From Octopus vulgaris (Eukaryota), in the NCBI GenBank assembly GCA_951406725.2, contig OX597823.1, positions 62,806,001 through 62,870,000 on the forward strand: 64,000 nt of DNA. The letters are read 5' to 3'. The translations under genes and the position numbers were made by a program. Positions 12,420-23,850 of this stretch are shown here, one piece after another. Below the pieces are notes generated by a model that was not told the origin of the DNA, did no database searches, and saw only the letters and a list, made by a program, of their open reading frames with translations. The number at the start of each line of letters is the position of its first letter. The stretch's first letter is position 1.

Positions 12420-13130
12420 ACCAATTTTATGAATGTTAACACATTCTCAGATCATCCCTATGCAATTACAAACTCAACTTTTAACAAAACAATGTTTCAT
12501 ATGACATATTGAAATGGTTTGCAAACAAAGGAATTTTCAAGTCGAATTTGAGTTATTTTAATGAAGCACTGACCAAAGCAGGATATACATCCTGAGTGGT
12601 GAGGTGACATACAATTCCATTAACACAAACCCATACATTCCACAAAATAAGTATGATAATTATTAGGTCCCACTATTAGAGGATAGGAAAATGGTTAGTG
12701 GGGGCATAAGTAACAATAGGAGTGATCAGAGAAATAGAGTTAAATAATAAATTTAATATTTAGAGAACTTCACTACGAGAACCTAATGTCTTGGTTATAA
12801 GTAGTGACTAAAAAAGGGAAAGAAAAATAGAAATAGACGGATAAAGTAATAATAGGAGATAAGCCAATTTGAATACTGGAAGCATATCAGGCTGAGAGGA
12901 AAAACAACTTAAGGAGTAGTGTAAATTATAAGAAGAGAGACACCACACATAACAAGAACAATAATAGTCAAATAGGTAAATGATTATGTAAGAGAAAGAT
13001 AATATAGTATAATCCATGTATCTTCTCAAATTGCTTCTGGTTTCTCCTGTGCATTGGATAAATACTTTCCTATGTTTAGTTGATATAAAATATTTATTAG
13101 ACATGATTAAGTTATCTTACGCAACATCTT
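12420..13130. mobile_element. Possible Penelope-like relic (RT thumb fragment on +, GIY-YIG-like fragment on -)
   Basis: + strand FSDHPYAI...(N)EALTKAGY-like peptide; - strand ORF 12808..13104 YFIS.....FIQCTGETRSNL resembles Y.I.C..C...YIGET.R.L. Very degenerate. Confidence 0.3.
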
Positions 13131-13991
13131 AAGAATATTATATTTCCAAATGGAATAATCAAAAACTTAAGCAACATGTTAGTAACAATGTAAATGATTG
13201 TAACATAAAAGCCTTACACACAGACTTGCTAGGGCATGGGTATATATGTACAATTATGTGTTAGTGTGAATGTGACCTTAGTGTGAGGTCAATATATTCA
13301 AATGGAATGTCTTTTGTGCACTTGTAGGGGCATATGAATGCATAAATGAATCTGACTAATCATTTTTTTGTAAGAACTTATCAAAATAATATGTTCAGAT
13401 AAAAACTTAGCCTTTGGTATGGAGACATGTCTCATTCCTAGGTAAATTGAATTTCTATAGAAACCTTGAAATAAGAAATTTTCAAAACTAATAACTTAAT
13501 TTATGACAGAAAACTGGTCTGTACTATATACAACCTGTATTGTGTTGGGCTGTCAGTGTGATAGGGGACTAATTGCATAAGCCAACAAAAGAAAAAGTTT
13601 TTTTTTATGTAAAAAAATCTCGAATTTTATTTAGTGTTTTTTTTTTGTCATATAGAGTCCAAAAATGGTATCCTTTTATTACTGTCATTTTAAGACCCTG
13701 GATCAAGAGGATTTTTTTTCAATAAAACAACTTATGAGGAACAAGGCAGAACATACAAACATACATAGAAACTGGCTTTTTTTCAAAACCAGAATTTTTT
13801 CTTAAAATTCTACTGAAAAACTAGTAAAAGTCTTTAAATTTCTACTGACAAATTACATCATTGTTCATACCTAATTTCTCATGAATTTGCATTTGGATAA
13901 TTTTCTTGAGTGCTAAACCTCAGGAAGATCATGCTATATGTACATCCATAATAATACAAATAAACATATACATGCACATACTTACAAATAT

Positions 13992-14034
<43 letters not shown>

Positions 14035-15404
14035 ACATAACAAGACATTAAATAATGATGATGATGACCCGCACATATGTATATATTTGAGGTTTGCGTG
14101 TATTTGTATATGTTAGCTCATTTGTGCTGCTGTGACAGAGAAAGCATCATGTATATTCTGTGAAATGGTTGGTGTTAGGAAGGGCTTCCAACTCTTGCAG
14201 CCATGTTATGTACTGGAGCTCAGCACAGTCCTCTTGCATGTTGGTTCTATTGAGTTGTCCAACCTATGCCAGTATGCAGATTGCTTTGAGGCACTTGCAA
14301 TAATGAAATGTATTGGAAATATCATTAATGAATTTAATAAGATATTCGTTAGATGCCCTCACCATTTGAGGAGGATCTTTCTGCATAACAATCTATTTAC
14401 TTTAGGTTTCATTATGTTTTTACAGTAAATATGCATAGCTTACTTAAATTATATTACTAATGTAAAATTAATCATTCTTGTGAATATAAATCCTGTTTAT
14501 ATTTTATATGTTGATACATTTATATATGTTGATATGTTTGTGGTTTTCGGATATGTCCATATAATTCATTTTTCTAAAAAAAAAAAATCCTTTTTTTTTG
14601 TGTGTATATATATGTGCATAAACACTCACTCACACACACACACGTGTATGTGTGTAGACAAATGTGTATGTATATACACACATATATGCATATTTACATG
14701 TGTGTGTGTGCAGTGCATACTTTTATTATGTGTGTGTACATATATATGCGCACGCACACACACACACACACACGTGTAGTTATATATATTTTTGTACTGA
14801 TGTTGCTACATTGCTAAGAAAAGCAACTAGCTGCAAACATACCTCAAAACATTTGCCTGTCCCCTGTTAGTTTGGAAAAAGTGCTTACTGAAGAGTGTGT
14901 GTGTATGCAAGATCTAGTTTTCTGTGCTTGCATGTTTGGCAGTCTTTATTGAGGTATTTTTTATGACTGGATGCTTTTCTTCTTGCCAATAATAAATGAC
15001 AACACTTGTAGGATGGTATCATTTACTTAGAACTATCACACAATGTAAAAACAAAGATGCATACACAAACATGAATATCTGCATGTGTACATACATGATG
15101 AGATTCTTCCAGATTCTGTCTACCAAATCCACTCACAAGGCTTTGGTCAGCATGGGATGTAGCAGAACGTTGACTAAGGTGCAAGAGAATGGGGCTGAAC
15201 CTCAAACCATGTGTTTTGGAAGTGGACTTAACTGCAAAACCAAGTCTGCACCCCCCCCCCCACCATTTCATCATCATCATCATGTAATGTCCGTTTTCCA
15301 TGCTAGCATGGGATGGATAGTTTGACAGGGTCTGGTGAGGTGCAAGCTTTGTTCAAACTCATTGTCAAATTGGCTTGGTTTCTATGGCATCTTACAAAGT
15401 GTAC

Positions 15405-16025
15405 TTGGTGACCTTTGGAGATAGGCTGTGCTTGAGAAGACCCAACAAGCTAAGTGAGACCATAGCTCATGGCCTATGCCAGTGGGTGTAACCAGTCCAT
15501 TTATGAATACCCCTCATTTATTGGACAATAAACCTTGCTTGTGAAGACATTGAGGCAAGTGAAATCAAAATCAAAATTGCTGACGTGGCTGATAACAGTA
15601 CCGCTTGATTAGCACTAGTGCCAGTGGAACGTTAAAAGCACATCCGAGCCAGGGCCACAAATTGGCTCCCATGCCAGTGACACATGAAAAGCACCGTTCA
15701 AACGTGATCGTCACCAGTGTCATTTTACTGGCACAGGTGCTGGTGGCATTATGAAAAACAACATTTGAGTGTGGTCGTTGCCAGTGCCGCTGGACTGGTT
15801 CCCGTGCAGGTAGCATGTAAAAACACCTTTTGAGCGTGGTTGTTGCCAAAACCGCCTTACTGGCCCTTGTGCCAGTGGCACATAAAAGCACCCACTACAC
15901 TCTCAGAGTGGTTGGCATTAGGAAGGGCATCCAGCTGTAGAAACTTTGCCAGATCAGATTGAGACTAGTGCAGCCTCTGGCTCACCAGCCCTCAGTCAAA
16001 GCGAATGTAAAACGATGATGATGAT
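15405..16025 (+). mobile_element. RTE LINE 3' end: ORF terminus plus 3' UTR with internal subrepeats and (GAT)n tail
   Basis: gctgtgcttgagaagacccaacaagctaagtga (AVLEKTQQAK*) resembles the ORF end of the LINE at ~8150(-). Followed by tggcac subrepeats and the family A tail. Confidence 0.65.
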
Positions 16026-16189
16026 ACACACACACACACACACACTGGACTTCTTTTTTGGCTTCTGTTTACCAAATTCACTCAAGGCTTTGGTTGACCT
16101 TGAGCTATAGTAGAAGACACTTTCCCAATGTGCCATGAAGTGGGACTGGACCCAGTTGTGAAACAAGCCTCTTACCACACAGCCATGCC

Positions 16190-16192
16190 TGT

Positions 16193-16256
<64 letters not shown>

Positions 16257-16389
16257 ATATATGTGTGTGTGTGTGTATGTATATGTGTGTGTGTGTGTGT
16301 ATGTATATATGTGTGTGTGTATGTATATATGTGTGTGTATGTATATATGTGTGTGTGTATGTATATATATGTGTGTGTGTGTGTATGTC

Positions 16390-16462
<73 letters not shown>
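16190..16462. repeat. Compound (TG)n/(TA)n microsatellite
   Basis: Long alternating purine-pyrimidine tract. Similar tracts at ~200, 810, 2205, 14590-14790, 29628, 43690, 51480-51635, 52380-52500, 61130, 62420. Confidence 0.95.
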
Positions 16463-16489
16463 TGTATTTGGTGCATCCTATACTATAAG

Positions 16490-17170
16490 TGGTCCTCTTA
16501 TACACCTGATATCACTGTACTTAAAGCCAGCTGCACCAATATTGAGAAGATAATTTTGAACCAGATACATTTGGCTGTTCATGTTGTCAGGAGAGCAGGT
16601 GGAGTGCTGCCTAAATGGGTATTTCTTGAAGTAGTAAAAGAAGCCTCAGTATAAACCAAGGAAGTGGTTTAAGGATGTTATAAAAGGCAATCTTAAAGCT
16701 ATGGATGTTGATGTGGATATCTGGGATACTTTAGCTGAAGTTTGTACTTCATGGAGAGATACTATCAAGTATAGATCTAGTGTCTTTGAGCAAGAGTGAG
16801 TAGAGCATGCTGCCTTGAAGCATTCACTCCTTAAGTGCAGTGCTTGTGAAAATCTAGCAGGAATTGAAGTGCACGATTTCTTCTTGCAAGAGCTGGATTT
16901 GTCAACCACCTAAAGTCACATGAGCCTCAGAGAAAGCAAGCTGCTTGTGAGATGGTCCTACCACCACATGCTTAATTTGCAAGTTAGCTGGTGGGTTGAG
17001 CAAACATGGCAAAACACATATGAAGTGATGCCAGGAGATAGACAATTCATCTGTTACATCTGTGAATGTGCTTGCAGAACAGAACTGGGCTGAAAAGGCA
17101 CCTGTGTGCACATGATTGTGTAATGTTCAGTGAAGAGAAGGCACTCTTCTGACAAGAAGTGGCAATCAAC
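16490..17170 (+). pseudogene. RTE-BovB-like LINE C-terminal fragment
   Basis: NQIHLAVHVVRRAGGVLPKWVF (cf. QLRW.GHV.RM...RLPK..F) then KPRKWFKDVIKGNLKAMDVDVDIWDTLAEVCTSWR, with downstream Cys/His remnants. Confidence 0.65.
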
Positions 17171-17319
17171 CCCCCACATATTTATACACACTTACACACA
17201 CCCACACCCCCACATATGTAAACCTACACATACATAAATACACAGTTATAGATATGCATGTATGATGATGATATGCATGTCTATACACACACACACACAC
17301 ACACATACATGCATATATG

Positions 17320-17910
17320 AATACAGGACATCACAAACAGTAAACAACATGAAATACAAAAACAAATAAGTTGAATACGCAAGCAACGAGTGAAAAAAAA
17401 GAAAACAGGTCAAGTAACATAAAGAACGACCCTTCATCTGTTGTCGGCTGCCTATCTGCCCCTCATTTCGAGCATTGAATGGTAATATGAGTCTTCAAAG
17501 GCAGTTGCTTCCATAAAATTCGGGACAAAATTTGGTAACAAAAATAGGACAGTGGAGACATACATGGAAACCGAACGAAAACAAACATGGGGGGTCATTA
17601 GACCAGACGAAGGTAAAATAGTGAACGCTGGAGAAATATTTTCTTTGACGAGAGAGATAGATAGGATACGTCCAACCTTAAAAGAAAAGGAAGCTGATCA
17701 CATGAGGAAAAGAAAGATGGACTATGGTAACATGTGAGCAACAAGAGAGAGTAAAGGAAAAAAGAGGGGAGAGTGAAAGAGACAGATAGGAAACGGTGAA
17801 GGGAGAAAAAAGGAATTAGAAAGGATGAGAGAGAAAATGATGGGGGAAAGAGAACAGTATAGGGTAGAGTCGTATCAATAAGATTAAGATAAACTTACTT
17901 GGACATGGAT
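17320..17910 (-). mobile_element. Unclassified dispersed repeat, possibly Penelope-like terminal region
   Basis: Its start is repeated at ~18345-18390. The minus strand carries TTGAAGA...ctcGAAA and CAGATGAAGG motifs resembling decayed hammerhead cores. Confidence 0.35.
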
Positions 17911-17929
17911 GTGTGGCTTTCAATCAAAT

Positions 17930-18269
17930 AATGTGGTAAGTAGCTTGCTTACCAACCACATGGTTCCAGGTTCATTCCCACTGCGTGGCACTTTGGGTAA
18001 GTGTCTTCTACTATAGCCTTGGGTCAACCAAAGCTTTGTGAGTGGATTTGGTAGACGGACTCTGAAAGAAGCCCGTTGTATATATGTATATATATGTATG
18101 TGTGTGTATATGTTTGTATCTGTGTTTGTCCCCTCAACATCACTTGACAACCGATGGTGGTGTGTTTACGTCCTCGTAACTTAGTGGTTTGGCAAAAAGG
18201 ACTGATAAAATAAGTATCAGGCTTACAAAGAATAAGTCCTGGGGTCGATTTGCTTGACTAAAGGCACTG

Positions 18270-18270
<1 letters not shown>
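17930..18270 (+). mobile_element. SINE family B
   Basis: Homologous to 2920-3306 in the opposite orientation. Further copies at 22228-22577(-), 27268-27420(+), 34515-34886(+), 43266-43430(+), 45410-45790(-), 46492-46899(-), 59965-60075(-). Confidence 0.75.
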
Positions 18271-18321
<51 letters not shown>

Positions 18322-18842
18322 TACATACATACATGCAATATATGGGTACAGGACGTCACAAACAGTAAATGACATGAAATACGAAAAGAAGGTTATTAAC
18401 TATTTTAAAAATGTCTTTTGAAAAACACAAATTCCATGAAACTTTTGGGAAGAAGTTTCATGTTGTGTGTGAGTGCTTTCATTGTACAACTTTTCAAAAC
18501 ATGTTCTGGGCTAATACATAAAGAGGAAGTTGTTTTTAGTTATTGTGTTGATTTTTTCCAGGTCAATTTCACATTTAGAATTCTTATAAAGTATTCTTCT
18601 TCTGCCTTTCATAGTTGATCATTTTTGTCCTTTATTTTGAAAAATGAAAATATTTGGAATTTTCCATATGTACAAATGCCTAGATGTACATTACATGGAA
18701 CAATTCTAATAGATGAATACTTAATTTGCTGTTTGTGCATTCTCACATGGCTGGTTAGTCTTGATCCTGTTTCTGCAATGTAACTCTTGCATTTTGTTTA
18801 ACAATTCATGTTTGCATTTATCTTCAATTCCTTCCTATTCTT

Positions 18843-19074
18843 ATTTCTTTATTGCCCACAAGGAGCTAAACATAGAGGGGACAAACAGGGACAGACAAAC
18901 GGATTAAGTCGATTATATCGACCCCAGTGCGTAACTGGTACTTATTTAATCGACCCCGAAAGGATGAAAGGCAAAGTCGACCTCGGCGGAATTTGAACTC
19001 AGAACTTAGCGGCAGACGAAATACAACTAAGCATTTCGCCTGACGTGCTAACGTTTCTGCCAGCTTGCCGCCTT
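18843..19074 (-). mobile_element. Young SINE family D with perfect 16-bp TSD
   Basis: attccttcctattctt at 18827-18842 and 19075-19090. CpG-rich, head aaggcggcaagctggcagaaacgttagcacg, B-box gagttcaaattcc. Confidence 0.85.
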
Positions 19075-19489
19075 ATTCCTTCCTATTCTTGTATGAATCT
19101 CACCCTTGTTAAGGAGTATTTTGAGATTTGGTGGTTGTCTTGGGCTGTTGATGTTTTGCAATTATTGAATTATTGAATTTGTTGGAGATTTGATGATTGA
19201 TGTAGAAATGGGATGTGTGTCATTGGGCTGAATGTAAGATTTGGTTTCTGGGATTATGCATGGTGACAAATGGAATATTTTTATTTGTGTTTTTGTTTTT
19301 ACCCTCATTCTGCCTTACAGAGAAATCTTCATTGTGAGAGTTTCTGTAAGGCAGAGATTGGGATTTCGTTTGCATTGGTTTTGGCATGATTTATTAAGTT
19401 TTGGGGGGGTATACACACATTTAGGTGTGTGTGTGTGTGTATATGTATGTATACACACATGCACATATGTATATACATACACATAATGC

Positions 19490-19833
19490 ATATCGATCAA
19501 CATCATTGGAAATTGCAGCTGTGATACCAGTGCCGGTGGCACGTAAGAGAACCATCCAAACGTTGCCAGTGCCGCCCCGACTGGCCTCATGCCGGTGGCA
19601 CGTAAAAAGCACCATCCGTTTGTGGCCGTTGCCAGCCTCGCCTGGCACCTGTGCCGGTGGCACGTAAAAAGCACCCACTACACTCATGGAGTGGTTGGCG
19701 TTAGGAAGGGCATCCAGCTGTAGAAACATTGCCAGATCAGACTGGGCCTGGTGCAGTCTTCTGGCTTCCCAGACCCCAGTTGAACCGTCCAACCCATGTT
19801 AGCATGGAAAGCGGATGCTAAACGATGATGATG
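19490..19833 (+). mobile_element. RTE 3' end (family A)
   Basis: gtgccggtggcacgtaa subrepeats, then gtggttggcgttaggaagggcatccagctgtagaaac and a (GAT)n tail. Confidence 0.75.
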
Positions 19834-20582
19834 ATATGTGTGTGTGCACATGAGACTGATGAAATGCACATGGTTTGCATTAAGAATGTGATATTATGAA
19901 TTCATTTATGCTCATATTAATATATATATATTTATGAAATGTATTTCTCATATAATATTGAAACAGATGTAAAGAATTAAATGTAATATTATAATTTCCA
20001 ACCCATAACTTAATATATTTTTTACTCTTTGACCAATTTAATTAGCTTGGAATTTAATTTTGTATAGATAGTTTTCTTCTTAAAGATAAACCATCTACAG
20101 ATATACAGTGTGTTAGCCAATATTCACAGGTGTGCTGACCAAGGATCCATCTCAGTTTCTTTTCTTCTCTTTCAGCACACACACACACACCCACAACTAT
20201 AAGTTCAGCAAAATATATTTTTACCCATAGGCTTTGTCAGGGACTAAAGGATGTGATGTACTTCATTTGGTTAAAGAGAGTACTACGTAGAAAGATAGAT
20301 AAATAGGTAAAGTGTAGGTAACTGCACACAATGCCAAATATGGTAGGGATGGAGAAAGCTTTTGTAGCTGCTGGTGTCCATGGTGATGTATGAAAGTCAG
20401 CTGAGATTGTTAGTGTCACTAAGTCAAGTGGAGTGTTGACAATGGTTGTAGGTTATTTGGTGTGGGTGGGTACTGGTGAAAAAATAAAAGATGAGTGGGA
20501 GTAGCTGTGACAATGATGGTTTTGGGGGAAAAAGGTTGGAGGGATAAGTGTCTGTGATAGTAGAGGTGTTGATGTGTATGTA

Positions 20583-20623
<41 letters not shown>

Positions 20624-20860
20624 TAGTGTTTGAAGTGATGTACAGATATTGTATATTAAGAAAAAGGAGGCAGTCAGATATGTTGCACAGAAAATTTCTT
20701 TGGCCATTTATACAGATTGAAAAGAGGATGTTCAAAACAAAGCAACATCCTCTTCTCAATTTGTATAAAAGGCTGAAGAAATTTTCTATGAAACTTATCT
20801 GAAGAGCCCTATTGAACGGACAAAAGCACTAATAAACAATTATTCAAAATTCTGTCTGTT

Positions 20861-20901
<41 letters not shown>

Positions 20902-21226
20902 CTTTTACTTGTTTCAGTCATTTGACTGTGGCCATGCTGAAGCACTGCCTTATATAAATGTATACATAATCATTGTTTAGCACCCCCTTCCAAGTTGGCA
21001 TGAGTCGGACACATTGAATCAGAGGATATCTTGATCCCCAATATCTTTTTTGGCAGGGTTTCTGTAGTTGGATGCACTTCCTGATGCCAACCACTTTACT
21101 GGAGTGTACTGGATACATCTTTGTGATACCAGCACAAGTAGCTCACAAAATAGGAAAAGCTCCTTAGATTGAGTGAGGTTGTAGTAGAGAGGGAGGTGGC
21201 TTTATGTTAAATGGTGATAACATATA

Positions 21227-22161
21227 TCATCATCATCATCATCATCATTTAGCGTCCGTTTTCCATGCTAGCATGGGTTGGACGGTTCAACTGGGGTCTG
21301 GGGAGCCCGAAGGCTGCACCAGGCCAGTCAGATCTGGCAGTGTTTCTACAGCTGGATGCCCTTCCTAACGCCAACCACTCCGAGAGTGTAGTGGGTGATT
21401 TTATGTGCCACCGACACAGGTGCCAGTCGAGGCTGGCGAACGGCCACGCTCGGATGGTGTTTTTATGTGCCACCGACACAGGTGCCAGATGAGGCTGGCG
21501 GACGGCCACGATCGGATGGTGTTTGTTACGTCCCCAAAGCACGGAGGCCAGTCTATGCGGTACTGGCTACGGCCACGTTCGGATGATTTTCTTGTGTGCC
21601 ACCGGCGCTGGTACCACAAAGATACAAATTCCATTGATGTTCATCTATTTTGATTTGATTTTCACTTGCCTCAACAGGTCTTCACAATTGTCACAAGAAG
21701 GAAGGTATGCACAGGTGGACTGACAACGTCCCAGGCAGGGGCCACGGGTTATGGCCTGACTAGTCTTGCCGGGTCTTCGGATGGTGTTTTTATGTGCCAC
21801 CGACACAGGTGCCAGATGAGGCTGGCAAACGTCCACGATCGGATGGTGTTTGTTGCGTGCCCACAGCACGGAGGCCAGTCGATGCGGCACTGGCCACGGC
21901 CACGTTCGGATGGTTTTCCTGTGTGCCACCGGCCCTGGTACCACAAAGACACAAATTCCATTGATGCACATCTATTTTGACTTGATTTGATTTGATTTGA
22001 TTTTCACTTGCCTCAACAGGTCTTCACAAGTGTCACAAGAAGGAAGGAAGGTATGCACAGGTGGACTGACTACGTCCCAAGTAGGGGCCACGGGTTATGG
22101 CCTGACTAGTCTTGCCGGGTCTTCGGTTGGTGTTTTTATGTGCCACCGACACAGGTGCCAG
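21227..22161 (-). mobile_element. RTE 3' end (family A) with ~330-345-bp internal tandem duplication
   Basis: Unit start (a/t)tggtgtttttatgtgccaccgacacaggtgccag at 21454, 21781 and 22127. Confidence 0.78.
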
Positions 22162-22195
<34 letters not shown>

Positions 22196-22596
22196 CATGT
22201 TATAAATACATTCACACACAGATATACCTACTCTTTTACTCTTTTGATTCAGTCATTTGACTGCAGCATTTGATTGACCTCAGAACTTATTCTTTGTAAG
22301 TCTAGTACTTATTCTTTTGGTCACTTTTGCCCAACCACTAAGTTATGGGGATGTTGACACACCAGCGTCAGTTGTTAAGCGATGGTGGGGGGACAAACAC
22401 AGACACACATACACGACAGGCTTCTTTCTGTTTCATTCTTCTAAATCCACTCACAAGGCTTTGCTTGGCTCGAAGATTTAGTAGAAGACACTTGCTCAAG
22501 GTGCCACACATTGAGACTGAACCCAGAACCATGTAGTTCATAAGCAAGCTACTTACCATACAGCCACTCTTGCACCTATATCCTCACAGCCACTCC

Positions 22597-23850
22597 GTTG
22601 GCAAGAAAATAATTTCATTTCTCAGAAATAGAGTTATGACTTTTGTCAGTGTTATGATTTTTTTTCCCTTCTGACATTTAAAAGCCGCTACTTTTAGCTT
22701 ACTTTAGAAGCAAATTGCGTGTAATTTTGTTCACCACTGTTAGTTCAGTGTCAATTTTAACATGGAGTGCAAAAACAAACATTTTCGCCATATTTTGCTT
22801 TTCTATTTCCATGATGGCAAGAAAGCTACTGAAGCTCAGAAAGAGATATGCAAAATTTATAGTTGATAGCTTAACAGAATGTACATGTCAGAAATGGTTT
22901 TAAAAATTCCATTCTTGAGATTTTTCACTCAAAGATGACCAATGTTCAGGTTGACCTACAGAAGTTGATGATGGCTGAATCAAAGCCATAATTAAATATG
23001 ATTGTCATATAACTGTGTGAGAGACTTCAGAGAGGCTAAATGTATCACACAACAATTGAGAATCACTTCAAATATCTTGGACTTGTTAAGAAGCTTGATA
23101 TTTAGATACCACATAAATTGAAAGAGATTCACTTAATACAATGAATCAATATTTGCGAAATGCATGTCAAATGCAATGAAATCGACCTTTTTTTTGAAAC
23201 AAATCATCACTGGTGATGAACAATGGATTGTCTCCAGTAACATCAATTGAAAACGATCATGGTTGAAGCATAATGAACCAGTACAAACCACATTGAAAGC
23301 TGAATTGCATAAAAAATAAGTCATGCTGTCAGTTTGATGGGATTATAAAGTTGTGTATTTTGAGATGCTTCCAAGGAACCAAATGATCAATTCTGATGTT
23401 TACTGTCAACAACTAATGAAGCTGGAGGAAGCAATCAAAGAAAAATAGCTAGAATTGGCAAATCGTAAAAGAATCATGTTCCACCACGACAACGCTAGAC
23501 CACATATGTCTTTGTTAACTTGTGAAAAATTATTGGAGCTTGGTTGGGAACTGATGTCACATCCACCATATAGCCCTGACTTTGCACCATCAGATTACCA
23601 TTTATTTCAAAGTTTGCAAAATTCTTTGAATGGTAAAACTTTCAACAATGATGATGATCTGAAATCTCACTTGCTTCACTTTTTGGTTAAGGACCAGAAG
23701 GTCTGTTAGCGCGGATTCATGAAGTTGCCAAAAGATGGCAAAAGGTCATTGAAGAAAATGGAAAATATATAATTGATTAAAGTTCATTCTTTGTATGAAA
23801 AAAAAAATGACACTTATTTCACACTAAAAAACTGAAATTACAACCCAATA
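22597..23850 (+). mobile_element. Near-full-length mariner transposon, transposase pseudogene (ATG 22762 to TAA 23780)
   Basis: MECKNKHFRHILLFYFHDGKKATEA.. (HTH), IITGDEQWIV, HHDNARPH, HPPYSPDFAPSDYHLF (D,D34D), ENGKYIID*. Multiple stops/frameshifts; TIR remnants gttggcaagaaaataatttca and tgaaattacaacccaata followed by (TA)n. Confidence 0.92.

Noticed and set aside
18808-18996. ORF ending YLIDPERMKGKVDLGGI (also 34052..34240)
   Set aside because: Antisense translation of the SINE D core.
19321-19345. Possible microexon (ccttacag|...|gtaagg)
   Set aside because: It has splice-like signals, but the 25-nt content shows no similarity to the PNUTS N-terminus; unsupported without RNA data.
23455-23709. 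SETMAR host gene
   Set aside because: No SET domain; the transposase has many stops and frameshifts and is bounded by TIR remnants.
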